DNA of 64,000 nt from Eledone cirrhosa (GCA_964016885.1 OZ024748.1:15810001-15874000); one strand, 5' to 3'. Positions 39,346 to 53,009 are shown, counted from the stretch's first letter. Notes: generated from the sequence alone by a model not told the origin. Translations and numbers: made by a program.

Positions 39346-39697
39346 ATGCACAGCCTTTGTGTATACATTTTTTGGAGACATTTTGTATATGTAAACATGC
39401 ATACATGCACACTATTTTCCTTAAAGTATTGAGCAATAATTTGATAAACTGATCTTACTAGTCTCAAGTAATAAAATCTTCACAGACAGACAGGCAGACA
39501 GGTATGTAAAATCCTGACCACGGTTTCTCGGAGTGCTGAACGTTTTTGACTTGTGTTTTCAGTAAGGCTTGCTGAACACACAAGGCAAAACTGCTTAGCA
39601 CCGCGGTTTGGATCTTACAAATCTCTATACTCACTTTGCATCTCCTCATGCATTGAGTACTCTCATAATTATTTTGAAAATATGTAATTGAAAATGT

Positions 39698-40541
39698 TAT
39701 GGGATGTTATCAAAAGGTTGCCAGATTAGTTATGTTTTAAGAAATCTAATATATTTATCTAAGTTTTAACATCATCTCCTTTGAAATAGTCATCTTACCC
39801 ATCAAGACACCAGTCCCAGCTTTCCTGCCACTTTTGGAATCTGGCCTGGAAGTCATTTTCTTTAAGTCAACCTTATGCAATGGTGTTAAAACGGCAACCT
39901 TTGAGCTGCATTTTCAGCTTGGAGAAGAGATGGAAGTTTGCAGGTGCTAAATCTGGTGAATAAGGCAGGTATGGAAGCATTACAATGTTGTTTTTGGTGA
40001 GAAACTCATGAGTGAGGAGAGCTAGGTGACAAAGAGCATTGTAATCATGAAGAATCAAATTTTTCGCACTCCACAGATGTGGTCACTTTTGCAGAATGTC
40101 CGCCTGCAAACATCTCAAAACATTGCAGTAGATGTTTTGATCCTCGTGCACAAGTTGATTAATATTCTCCACATTTCCAGAGGTCATGCTCATATCAGGT
40201 CTTCCAGGGATGTTCATCTGCTTTGGATGTGCCCATGCCAATCAAAACATTGCATACAACCAATTGTATGAAGCAAGCTCAATGTCTCTGTAACAGACTT
40301 CCAAAGTTGGACACAAAACTTCACATTGTCTCTTCGTGCCAACTTCCTGTTCATGACAAAATTGTAGGCTACAGCATACATGTGATCACAAAACACACAA
40401 ATGTCACAACTTGTGAAGTGACCACAGCAATGTTACTCAACACACTGGCGCAGGAAGATCATTGCTGACTCTCAGTGTGTGCACAACCATGTATTGCCAT
40501 CTGTTGGCACACTACAACACTACATTTTGATAGCATGCTGT
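39698..40541 (-). mobile_element. Decayed, internally deleted mariner transposon
   Basis: N-terminal 'RDNVKFCVQLWKSVTETL' and catalytic-region 'LHD.NA..H...PYSPDLAPANFHLF' motifs, with stops and frameshifts. Confidence 0.85.
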
Positions 40542-40937
40542 GTTAGCACTATAACTAACCAACACTTTTGTTTAGCCAAGAAGTTGTATACAAAGCATGT
40601 TGCAATATAAAGTATTTCGAGTGAGAGATTGGAATATATATATGATAGCTTATTGGAAAGATTTGCAGTGACTATTTAACTATATCAATTGTTTATTTTC
40701 AATAGAGATATACACACACAATACATATTCATATTTATACACAATATATATATACACACACACACACACGTATACATATTTACAGAGAACACACACACAC
40801 ACATATATATAGATAAATATATACATATATATGTACATATACATGCACATGGACAAAAACAGACACACACACACACAACATTATTTTATTTTAATAGCTT
40901 TATTTCACATATTGATTGTTCTTTTGTAAAAGTTCCT

Positions 40938-41024
40938 ATATATATATATTCATACATACATTCACATATATATATACATTCACATACATATATATACATT
41001 CACACACACACATATATATACATT

Positions 41025-41056
<32 letters not shown>

Positions 41057-41652
41057 CATTCACATACATATATATACATTTACATATACATACATATACA
41101 TTCACATACATATATATACATTTACATATACATACATATATATACATATACATATATATACATTTACATACATATATATATATACACATTTACATATATA
41201 TATATATACATTTACATATATATATACATTTACATATATATATATATATATATACACATTTACATATATATATATATATATATATATATACATTTATATA
41301 TATATATATATATATACATTTATATATATATATATACATTTACATATATACATTTACATATATATATATATATATACATTTACATATATATATATATATA
41401 CATTTACATATATATATATATATACATTTACATATATATATATACATTTACATATATATATATATATATATACATTTACATATATATATATATATACATT
41501 TACATATATATATATATATATACATTTACATATATATATATATATACATTTACATATATATATATATATATATATACATTTACATATATATATATATATA
41601 TATATATACATTTACATATATATATATACATTTATATATATATATATATATA
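40938..41652. repeat. Complex (TA)n-derived array punctuated by cattta/cattca
   Basis: Direct reading; explains the 336-aa YI-rich ORF. Confidence 0.95.
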
Positions 41653-44414
41653 GCTTGGTTTCCATTCCATTCACCACCATGTTTCTTTTCATTTGTTAAA
41701 CCCCGAAAATTTAATAGAATTTATAAACATTCAATTTAGATGTACACTTTGTGTTATTATGAATGGTCTGTGGCAGAATATTCAGTTACAGCTTGACAAT
41801 TATGGTAGCCTTAGCTATATAGTTTGCTTGATTTAACTATATATTTATGTATTTGACAGCTTCTGATATAGCTGCCTGTTTTAACCATTTAATAAACAAG
41901 TAAATTTTAACATATGTTCAATCAACAATTTTCCTTTTTATTTTTACATACACACATACATATATATATATACACACACATATATATATATATATATACA
42001 CACACATATATATATACACACACACATATATATATATACACACACACACACATATATACACATACATACACACATATACACATATATACACACACATACG
42101 TATATACACACACATATATACACACATAGATATATACATATACTCAAACATATATACAAACATACATATACTCAAACCAATATACATATACTCAAACATA
42201 TACATATACTCAAACATATACGTATACTCAAACATATACACAAACAAACATCTATACATATATATACATAAGCATACATACGCACATACACACATTATCA
42301 TCATTCATATAATTTCAAACATTTATCTACGATACTAGTTTATTTTTCTCCACTACATTTCCTATCTTGCAGTGATAAACAAACATATTTGTAAATGCTT
42401 ATAAATTGATCAATGTGTATCATTAAAGTTGAAAAGGAATTTTATATGAAATATATTCATTGAAAACTCATCCCATTAACAAGTATTGAAAGATGTAAAC
42501 AGCTGGCATCATTGAAACATGACTGATTTTCTAAATCATATAATTTCATATTTGATTGTATTATTGTCATTTTTACAAGCTCTTCTCTCCAAACTAAAAT
42601 ATGGTGAAGTTAAAACGATTATTATATTGAAGCTAGCTATATTCTACAATAGATTTGTTGTTGCAGTACATCACTAAATCTATTAAAACCGTTCTTAAGT
42701 GAATACTGGAAAGTAAAACTAATAATATCTGCTGTTGCTACTACTATTACTACTAAAACTACTAATACTACAATAGTCTCATTGAGTTTGATACTCTGAT
42801 AAATTAAAGATAGTTACATACTAGGGCCTGACCAACTGCTTTCTCTTTGTATTGGTCTCCATCAAGACCTCTAGTGTCTTTGGTCCCTCTACTGTTGGTT
42901 TCCTCTGCAAAAATTGAAAAGACATCAACCTGCTTCAGAAGCAGGGCCCCTTGAAGTGGAGTGGCTGTTGCAATGGGTGTCTGTGGCTATTGTCTGCAGT
43001 AAAACCATCACCATTTTGTTCACGGAGCATGGCTGAGACACCGCTCAGACTGGAGCATAGTGTCATTCCAACTCTCCTTTTCTTTTGTTACTTGATTCTC
43101 TTCTCTGTTCATTTCCTTTTTTGTTCCCTTTAATAGTGTGTTCTGTTTTGTTTGTGTATAAACAGCTTTGTAATATAAAATAACTACCATGGCAACAAAA
43201 AAGTCTCCAAACTGAAGGATACATGTGACAGTGGTTAGGGAGTTAGTCTCATAATTTGAAGGTCATCAATTGAATTCCATGAATTTTTCAAGTTTCTAGC
43301 ATGAAATTTGGTTTCTCATTCGAAATCTCAGTATTGTAAAGCTTTACTTTTCATCTTTTGAGGTTGATAAATAAAGTAGGAGTCTAAGGGTGGGAGATTA
43401 GTATAATTGTTAGAGCATCAGATGGAATGGGATGCTTTGCTGTATCTGTTTTGGCTCCGAGTGTTTGTTCTCAAGTCAAATCTCACCTGTCACCAGAAAA
43501 ATAATGACTATAAGATAAAGCAAGGGCATTTTTATTAGAACACCCAAGGGACTCACTATCAAATATAGCTTCATGGGAAGCTCTGTTAAATGTATAACCT
43601 ATATAATTGTGAACCCTTAATAACAATAACTTTGTTTAAATCATTAAAACAAGAGGTTTTGTTTCTTCACTGATATTTTACTTTTCCAAAGACAGGCCTT
43701 GAAGAGGGAAAGGTAAATTCAACCTCAGTGAGATTTGAACTCAGATGGCTTCTCTAATATAAACAAGAAAATAGGCTTAAGTATATTTTCTTTCATTATT
43801 AGTTTCAAATATCTCAATACAACAGTCACAATGTAAATACCTTCTCAATGATACTTTTAAAATTTGATTTAATAAACCGAAAACGAAAATTTACTGGCTC
43901 ACATATTATTTTACTTTAAATATTTTTTTCCTCCATTGTTTCAGATATATTTGTGGAATACTTTTAATAATTGAATTTCATGAGAAAAAAATAGGAAATT
44001 ATTTTGAAATTTAATCAACATAAATAAAATTTGCAAGAAGGCACAGATGAAACAAAACAACATTTAGGAAGACAATTCCTTGAAGTAAAATAAATTACAT
44101 TGCAATATATAGCGAAATAGAAACAAATTTAAACTGAGAAGTAAAGAAATAAAAAAAATAAAAAAATTAAAGGCAGCAAAATAATGAAAAATTACCAATT
44201 AAGAGGAGGAATTCAAATAAGGAAAGAAAAAAATATTTAATTTACATATGAGCTTAGATCTTCTGCTCAAAAAATCTCTCTTCATTATCCTTTCAATTAA
44301 TATATACCAGTATAATTTGTACTTAAATTCAGAGTTTTTATGAATTTCAAAAATAGATTTGAAACAATGACCATCGTTTCACAGTAATTACAGTTCTATA
44401 AAGTTGATATAGTT

Positions 44415-44830
44415 GTGAACGCATGTGGTTCAGTGGTTAGAGAATTGCATTTGCAATCATGAAGCTATGAGTTTGAATCCTGAACTGAGAGATGCAGTAT
44501 GTCCTTGAGCAAGACATTTTATTTCACTTTCGATTTAAAGTTATGTTGATACCACAACAACCAGTCCTAAATAAATGAGGTCGTGTAGGTGTCACAACAA
44601 AAAAACACACAGTCCACGCTGTAATGTGGCCGTGTAGGTAACACGGTAAAAACCTCCCAGTCCACACTGGATATGTGGTTGGTGATAGGAAGGGCATCCA
44701 GCCGTAGAAAACCCGCCAGACAGTCCTATACGAGCAAGACAACCAATCTTGTCTCAAGTGGTAAAATTCCCATCCAAACCCATGCTAGCGTGGAAGATGG
44801 ATGTTAAACGATGATGATGGTGATGATGAT
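44415..44830 (+). mobile_element. CORE-SINE head joined to a family-B body and tail
   Basis: 'tggttcagtggttag' A-box, 'gagtttgaatcc' B-box-like, 'gtccttgagcaagacattttatttcac', then a body matching 49010-49303. Confidence 0.8.
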
Positions 44831-44957
44831 GTTGATTGCAACTTGTAAGGGCTAGTGAGACGAGTATTTAAATTGGTCTTCATACTTTAAGGATATTAAG
44901 ATATAAGCCATTGAAGTGGTTTAAGCTTGTCTGTAGGGCTTATATATTTTAATAATA

Positions 44958-45132
44958 ATAATTGTTTCTATTTTAGGCACAAGGCCAGCAATTATCCAGT
45001 ACATTACTGGTACTTTATTTTATCGACCCCGTAAGGATGAAAGGCAAAGTTAACCTCGGCAGGATTTTAACTCAGATCGTAAAGGGACGTAACTATGCTG
45101 GAAAGCATGTCCGACTCTCTACCGATACTGCA
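44958..45132 (-). mobile_element. SINE family A, short-tail form (long-tail copies follow at 45420-45570, 45590-45736 and 46826-47045)
   Basis: Same central block as the other family-A copies. Confidence 0.85.
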
Positions 45133-45139
45133 ATAATAA

Positions 45140-45358
45140 TAAACACTGGGTAAAGAAGTGCCAGGAAATTCCAGTGGAAGGAAGCTGCAGTAGAGGAAGG
45201 CCAAGGAAGACCTGGGCAGAAGTGGTGAGAGTTGATCTTAAATCACTGAAACTCAGTAGAGATGAAGGATCACAGCATGTGGAGAGATGCTGTATTGAAA
45301 AGGACCCATCCAACCCATGCAAGTGTGAAAAAACAGTTGTAAAAACAATGATGTTGAT
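45140..45358 (+). mobile_element. RTE-type LINE 3' end
   Basis: EGSCSRGRPRKTWAEVVRVDLKSL followed by tail 'ccatccaacccatgcaagtgtg...aacaatgatg'. Confidence 0.8.
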
Positions 45359-45736
45359 ATAATTATCCAAGCTCTGCTAGAAGGTAAAGCGGAAGCTAAA
45401 TCATAAGGATGGTGATACACATAATAGCACAAGGCCAAGGCCACCACTTCTCAGGGAGAGAAAAATCGATTAAATCAATGCTAGTGCATTACTGGTACTT
45501 TATTTTATCTACCCAGTAAAGATAAAAGGCATGGTATCCACCGCTCTACCAATACTGCCAGTCCATCTTATATACCTTATATAATTACTTTTGATTTAGA
45601 CACAAGGTCAACAATTTTGGGTGGGAGAGAAACTTTGATTAAATTGCCCCCAGTAATTTCTAGTACTTTATTTTATCAACCTATTAAAGATGAAAGGCAA
45701 AGCTAATCTCAGCAGGACTTGAAACTAGATTATAAA

Positions 45737-46761
45737 GGTATGACATAGATGAAGATACAACCAGCAACGTCTCATCCTTTGCTGATGACACCAGGGTCAT
45801 GAGACAAATCAAAGACGAGGTGGATACAGAGGCCTTACAAAAGGACCTGACCACCATATACAAATGGCAGGAAACAAACAACATGTTGTTCAATGATAAG
45901 AAGTTTGAACTAATTCGCTACGGAACAGATCAAGATCTGAAAAATACAACAAACTACAGAAACCCACCAGGACAACAAATAATGGAAAAACAGTGTGTGA
46001 AAGATTTAGGCATCCACATGGGAACCAGCCTAAAATTCAGAGAACACCTTGACTCAGTCTGTCTTACTGCAAGAAAGTACAGCGGGTGGATCTTGCGCAC
46101 CTTCAAATCAAGAGATACCTCAACAACAGTATGATACTTCCGAGGATTGACTACTGTTCTCAGTTGTGGTCACCAACAACAAAGGGCCAACTATCTAAGA
46201 TGGAATCGCTCCAAAGAAATTTACCTCATACTTCTCAGAAACGAGGGACCTGGACTATTGGCAAAGACTCAAAACCTTGAAGATGTACTCAATAGAAAGA
46301 AGATTTGAGCGATACCGAATTATATACATTTGGAAAATGATAGAGCAAAAGGTGCCAAACTTTGGTATCAAAACCTACCACTCACTGCGCGACGGAAGAC
46401 GCTGCCAGCTACCACCAATCAACAAAAAGGCTGGCCAGGCAGCAAAAACCCTGCAAGAGTCAAGTCTGTTGGTTCGAGGGGCACAACTATTCAACTCCAT
46501 TCTGGTACATGTCAGAAATCTATCAGGATGCAGTGTGGAATCATTCAAATTGCAGCTGGATAGATACTTAAGCACCATTAGAGATGAACCCCATCTCCCA
46601 GGATATACACAACGAGCACAAACTGACTCAAACTCGCTCCTACACATGTCAAAATTAAACAGAGAATACAACCTGGCAACCACACCAGACTCTGAGGGTG
46701 GAGTCTTCGACTTGGCCTGAGCATGGACTCAAACTCAAATGAAATGAAATGAAATGAAATG
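45737..46761 (+). mobile_element. 5'-truncated CR1/L2-group LINE (RT C-terminal half to 3' end), frameshifted, inserted in a family-A SINE
   Basis: SFADDTRV...LQKDL..IYKW...NNMLFN..KF...KDLGI...PRIDYCSQLWSP...YSIERRFERY; (GAAAT)n tail. Confidence 0.9.
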
Positions 46762-47410
46762 TATCTATGCTATGAAGCTTGATCTCTATTGATACTGCCA
46801 GTCCACCATCTTATATACCTTATATAATTGCTTCTGATTTAGACACAAGGCCAACAATGGGGGGAGGGGGGGGGGGGCAAATAAATCGACCCCAGAGCAT
46901 TTCTGCTACAGTATTCTATCGACCCAGTAAGAATGAAAGGCAAAAAGTTAACCACAGCAGGACTTGAAACTAGATCATAAACGAATGTAACTATGGCATG
47001 AAGCATGGTGTCCCCTTCTCTACCGATACTGCCAGCCAACCACCTAATGATATACATTATATAATGAGAACTACAATAATTACATTGAAAAATAATTGTA
47101 AATTTTAAAGTAGAAATGGTGAGAATTAATCTATGAATTCTTGAAAAAATATCTATTTCCATTATTCATCAAAATTTCAAATCATTTTCAAATTGATTAT
47201 TAATTAATATGTCATCTCCGATCTTTCAAAAAAATTCCTAATCAATTATCAGCAATAAAAGGAAGTCACAACTGGTCAGATTTAATAGGGAACATTTGCA
47301 GAAAGAAATCCTTTAAACAAAGAATTAAACTTATTATTATTATTATTATTATTATTTTACTTTAATTGAAATAATGATTGCGAGAGTAATTTTTACACGA
47401 GAGAGAAAGA

Positions 47411-47450
<40 letters not shown>

Positions 47451-47509
47451 CACACACATACATGCCCATTTGTATATCTAAGTAGTGGGAGAGCGAAAGT
47501 GAGAGAGAA

Positions 47510-47570
47510 AGAAAGAAAAAGTGAGAGAGGTAGAAAGAAAGAAAAAGAAAACGTGAGAGAGAGAAAGAAA

Positions 47571-47634
<64 letters not shown>

Positions 47635-47697
47635 GAGAAAGAAAGAAAGAGAGAAAGAAAGAGAGAGAGAAAGAAAGAGAAAGAGCGAAAGAGAGAA
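47510..47697. repeat. (GA)n/(GAAA)n simple repeat
   Basis: Direct reading. Confidence 0.9.
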
Positions 47698-48039
47698 TTA
47701 AACAACTATTAATTTCAGGAAGTAAATCAAGTCTCTTCCTTTAACAAATAAATAATTCTTTAATAGAAATAGGAAGAAAGGTCAAAATAACTTTTAAATC
47801 ACAAAACATTGTACAAGATATGCTAGTCACTGTTTCCACATCTGCACAAAAGATGAAATGGTTTCAGACCTCCTGTTGCAGGATATGGCAGATCTCCTCT
47901 ACCAGGATATCATAGCAAGAGACACTGGCATTGACAAGGATCACCTACAAACCTTGATAGGAAATAGAGACTGTTGGTGTGAAGTTGAACCTGCTGTCTT
48001 GCCTTAGGGCTATGGATAAGCTAAGGATCTTTTATTGTA

Positions 48040-48212
48040 GATTGGCAGTATCGGTAGATGCCTTGCAGCATAGAGTTACGTCCCTTTACGGTTTTAGTTC
48101 AAATCCCGCTGAGGTTAACTTTGCCTTTCATCCTTAGAGGGTTGATAAAATAAAGTACCAGTAATGCAATGAGGTAATTGCAGGTCTTGTGCCAAAAGTA
48201 GAAACAATTATT
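48040..48212 (+). mobile_element. SINE family A, short-tail form
   Basis: A-box-like and B-box motifs plus the central block. Confidence 0.85.
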
Positions 48213-48757
48213 TAACCAGTTTCAGTAATTGGACTGCGGTCATTAGAGCATTGCATCGAATGGTATTTTTTATGCAAGCATATTTACCCCTACTATATTA
48301 TTTTTACGCTTGGGACTCATCATATGAATCTATTAATAACCATAATTTTCCTATTATTAAGCTGATGTTTAGAACATAATTTAAATGTTATACATAGAAT
48401 CATGATGGAAGGGTTTCTTTTAGATGAATAGAAACACTAATATAAGATATTTTTATAAGAAAACAAGAGGTTGTTTCAAAGAATTTGGTATAATCTAATG
48501 GTAAGAGGCATATATTGATTTGTTTTGAATGAAACATTTCTAGTCCTGTAGAAGCCATTTATATATACATACATATATATATATACATATACACACACAC
48601 AGGGGCCGGCCGTCAAAAGAAGAAACAACACCATGTGTTTGGCCGGACCCTGTATCAAGAAAAAAATCATATTTGGGGAAATTATTGGATTCTTCCAAAT
48701 TTAAGGCGTTTTATTAGGGGGGGGGGGGGGGGGGACTTTCAATGTTTTTAGCAGTTT

Positions 48758-48819
48758 CACCATCTGAAGAGCTCGGTCTATGATAACTGATAGTCCCCAG
48801 CGAAATATGCATAATGGTG
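48758..48819 (+). ncRNA. Type-I hammerhead ribozyme motif (cleanest example in the window)
   Basis: Perfect stem I caccau/auggug; CUGAAGA 48764-48770; stem II gcu...agc; GAAA 48802-48805; palindromic UAUGCAUA; cleavage after A48813; AATAAA and (TA)n downstream. Confidence 0.78.
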
Positions 48820-48887
48820 TTTAAAATAAACCTGAATCAACTGAATATAGCCTCCAATCTTTTATTAGTATATATATATATATATAT

Positions 48888-49303
48888 CAGTAATAGAGAA
48901 GACCCGCCTTACCTAAATACAAAGTAAAACCTACTACAGTCAGTAGGCATCTCTAACAAAATACACCCCCGTCCCACCACCCCCGTCCCATCCACACCGC
49001 CCCTTTCAATGTAAAGTTATGTTGGTGCCACAACATCCAGGCCGAAAAAAATGAGATCGTGTAGGTGTCACGACAAAAAAACACACATTCCACACTGTAA
49101 TGTGGCCGTGTAGGCAACACGGTAAAAACCTCCCAGTCCCACACTGTAAATGTGGTTGGTGTTAGGAAGGGCATCCAGCTGTAGAAAACCCGCCAGACAG
49201 TCCTATGCGAGCAAGACAACCACTCTTGCCTCAAGTGGGAAAACTCCCGTCCAAACCCATGCAAGCGTGGAACATGGACGTTAAATGATGATGATGATGA
49301 TGA
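48888..49303 (+). mobile_element. Young headless non-autonomous retroelement, inverted twin of 4589-5004
   Basis: End-to-end similarity; (GAT)n tail; (TA)n flanks. Confidence 0.85.
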
Positions 49304-50415
49304 TATATATACATATATAAGCTTAGATACCTACATGTGGTTGTTGATTGCATATGGGTGAAGTTGTTTATTGTTGTTGAGGCCAAAGACCACTCTGATT
49401 CTATATTAGAATATTTGACAACCTCAAGATATACAAATAAATTCTCATCATCCTCATCAACGTCTAACTTCCATTTTCCATGCTAGCATGGGTTAGACGA
49501 GTTGTCCTGATAATGTGAGAGACCAGATAAGGTGACTGTGTCTGGCTCATATTCAACTGCCTTTTGTAAAACATCATACAGATGTTACTTCATGATCCCT
49601 GTGGACAGAATGTTGAATGTACTATTCTGTAATATAGCGATGGAATGCAATGAACTGAAGTTGAAGCTAAAACTAAATAGTTTTAAATAAAACCTCACAG
49701 CATATATTGAAAGTTTATACTTTTAACTACCAACTGTATGATCACTATCCATGCTTTAAAGAATGCTTTAACTTAATACAAGTTATTGACATTGAATAAA
49801 GGGATTTAATAGACTAGGTAATACAAATGTGTCTACACATATTAGAAGTGATGAAACTTAATCACTTAACTGTCAGATATTCTCAAACATGAGAAAATCT
49901 ATGCATAAACTTGCATGCAGACATGCAACTGTTATTCTTACTGCCCTGTTTTGCATCTCATTATACATACACACTGAAGAGCACCACATACTTACACATT
50001 GAACTGCACCACACGCTGAACTGCACCACACATTAAAATGCACCACATTACAGCTACCTACATATTGAAGTGCACCACATTATTCTTATATATTGAAGTG
50101 CATGGCACTATACTTACACAGAACTGCACCACAACAATATTATTTACTAATTCATCAATATATAATTATCACTAATGAATGCTTGCACTTAAACACACAT
50201 GCACACAGTTTCATATGCATATATTTTCACATGCAAATGTATTTTAAAACACAGAGACCTATATAATTTCAAACACAGGCAAATATTTTCACACACAAAC
50301 ACATTTTCATACAGACATGGGCACTTTCATACACATTTTCACACACATACACATCAGACGCGTTCACAAATATTCTAACATATGGACACCATCATCTACA
50401 CAAACTTTCACACAC

Positions 50416-50448
<33 letters not shown>

Positions 50449-51699
50449 AAAATATATTTATACACCACACACATACAGAGATGTATACACCTTCACTCAC
50501 AAACACACATGCATGGACTTTCACACATACATACACTTTTACAGAGATATACATGCATACATAAATGCATGCATACACTTTTACATGAATATACATGCAT
50601 GTACTTTCACATGCATTTTCATACATACACTTTGAGGTGGCTATATAAACATACATTTACACAGATATACATACATACATGTACTTTCATTTGGCTATAT
50701 ATATAAATATACACACATTTTCACATGGCTATATATACATTCATTTCGATACATAGACATACATACATGCATTTTCACACATAGATACATACATGTTCAC
50801 AGATATATATACATGTACTTTCACATCGTTATACATACAGTTACACAGAGGTACACCTACATGAATGCATATGCAAACATGTTTTTTAATATCTAATCTC
50901 AATGTTTAGTCTGTTTCCATTAAAATTAATTTTTATTTCATTTAATTTTCTTTTAGCAAATGGAAAAGTTTAAACTTATTTACCTCCAACACCACCTCCA
51001 CCACCCACCTGGACAGTCCCCACTTTGCTCCCCCAACAACACCACCACCAACCTCTATCACACCTATGCCCCCCCCCCCCATTTTCACCATCTCTTCCAA
51101 CACCACCACCAACACCCATCTCTATCACTTATACCTATGCAACCACCACCTCCCACCACCTCCCAACACCATCACCACCACTTACCCTACTCCACCATTT
51201 CCCCACCTTCACTCCAACATCAACCTATCTCCATCACTTACCCCTATGTCTCTTCCAATTTCACCAACTTCCTCCAACACCACCACCACTTACTCCTACC
51301 CCATTTTCACTACCTTCCCCCAACATCATTTAACCCTATGTCACATCCACTGTCCTCTCTCCAACAAACCACCCACCATCTCTCTCCAACAACACCTCCC
51401 ACCACCCACCATCTTTCTCCATTCTCTTCTTCCTGGTTTGTTTTTCAATCAATTAATTATTTATTTGAGGTTAATAAATGTTTTTTTTTCTCTCCTCTCC
51501 CCCCACCAATTGAGATATTACACTTTAATTTATCAATTTAGAACAAAAATAAAAATGAAAATTTTCTTTTTCTTCCTCTATTTAATCATTTAGCATTACA
51601 ACAAATGTTATTAGTTAGAGCCAGCCTTGCATATGTCGCTGCTGTCATTCGTAAACACAGCTAGTAGAAAGACAGAAACAAACAAAAAAAGTAATAAAC

Positions 51700-52440
51700 A
51701 CCAGCAGAGTCGGTAGAGCGTCAAACAAAAATAGCTTGTGGTATTTGTTCTGGCTTCCTGCACTCTGAATTCAAATACAGCCGAGGTCAACTTGGCCTTT
51801 CATTTTTTCAGGGTTGATGAAATAAAGTACCAATCCAAGGAATGGAATTGGCAGTATTTATTCTGCCTCTGTAGGCAATGAGTTGGAAGTGTTGTTAAAA
51901 TGTTGGATAAAATTCCTTCTGACTCTCTGCATTCTGAGTCCAAATCCTGCTAAGGTTAACTTTATTTCATCAACCCTGAAAAGATGAAAGGCAAAGTACC
52001 AGTCCCAAGAATGGAATTGACAGTATTTATTCTGCCTCTGTAGGCAATGAGTTGGAAGTGTTGTTAAAATGTTGGATAAAATTCCTTGCAATATTCCTTC
52101 CGACTCTCTGCATTCTGAGTCTAAATCCTGTTGAGGTTAACTTTGCCATTCATCTTTTCAGGATTGATGAAATAAAGTACCAATCCAAGGAACGAAATTG
52201 GCAGAATTCCAATTCACTGCCTATAGAGGCAGACTAAAGAGTTGTTAGAATGTTGGATAGAATGCTTTATAGTATTTGTTCTGACTCTGCTCTCTGAGTT
52301 CAAATCCTGCCAAAGGTCACCTATGCCTTTCAATCATTCAAGGTCAATAAAATAAAGTACCAGTCCAACAAAGAAAATTGGCAGGATTATCAATGGGTTG
52401 AAAGAGATGTCTTTTAGTATTTATTCTGCCTCTGCATCTT
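51700..52440 (+). repeat. Tandem array (~170-180-bp unit, ~4 copies) derived from a family-A SINE
   Basis: Variants of 'ttctgagttcaaatcctg..aggttaacttt...aaagtacca' repeat at ~51763, 51932, 52113 and 52292. Confidence 0.85.
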
Positions 52441-53009
52441 GAACACAATTTCCATTTTTGCCTAGTTGAGGGTCTAAACCATTTCCTTACCATATTTCTA
52501 ACGAAATGCACACATGCAAAATTTGCATACCATTAGCAGGTTCAACTGTTGCAAGCATTCAAACCAGAAATAACTATCACAAAGTACCTTATCTGACATT
52601 AACAATTTTACATATCCATTGCCTTGAAGTAATACAAATTATATTTGAAAATAATCAAGAATTTGTAGGGATTCAGTAATATAACTAACTTTCTCAACAT
52701 TAAACAGGTATTTGGAACATAAAGGTTCTGACAGAAAATTATCATGCAAGGTGTTTCGAAAGATATGTTTAAAAACTGTTTTGTGCCGTAGAACAAAGGA
52801 TGGTTTCTGACAGTTTAGTATCAAAATGGTTAATCTGTTGCCTACTTTACCACTACCAACTAGCTCTTGGATGCCATTATCAGGGCCCTCTCTGTTGCAA
52901 GCATTCAGACCAGCAACAAACACCACAAAGCACCTTGTCTGACACTAATAATTCTACATGTCCATCACCTTGAAGTAATACATATTTTATTTTATTGACC
53001 CCCAATATG

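Noticed and set aside
40689-41699. 336-aa YI/HT-rich ORF, and similar ORFs at 16.7, 29.1, 58.4 and 62.8 kb
   Set aside because: TA/CA microsatellite translations.
50960-51593. His/Pro/Thr-rich ORFs
   Set aside because: Low-complexity C/A-rich sequence with several overlapping open frames, typical of composition bias.
52440-52985. Possible RT fragment (VRQG motif, duplicated ~90-bp block)
   Set aside because: Too decayed to assign by eye.
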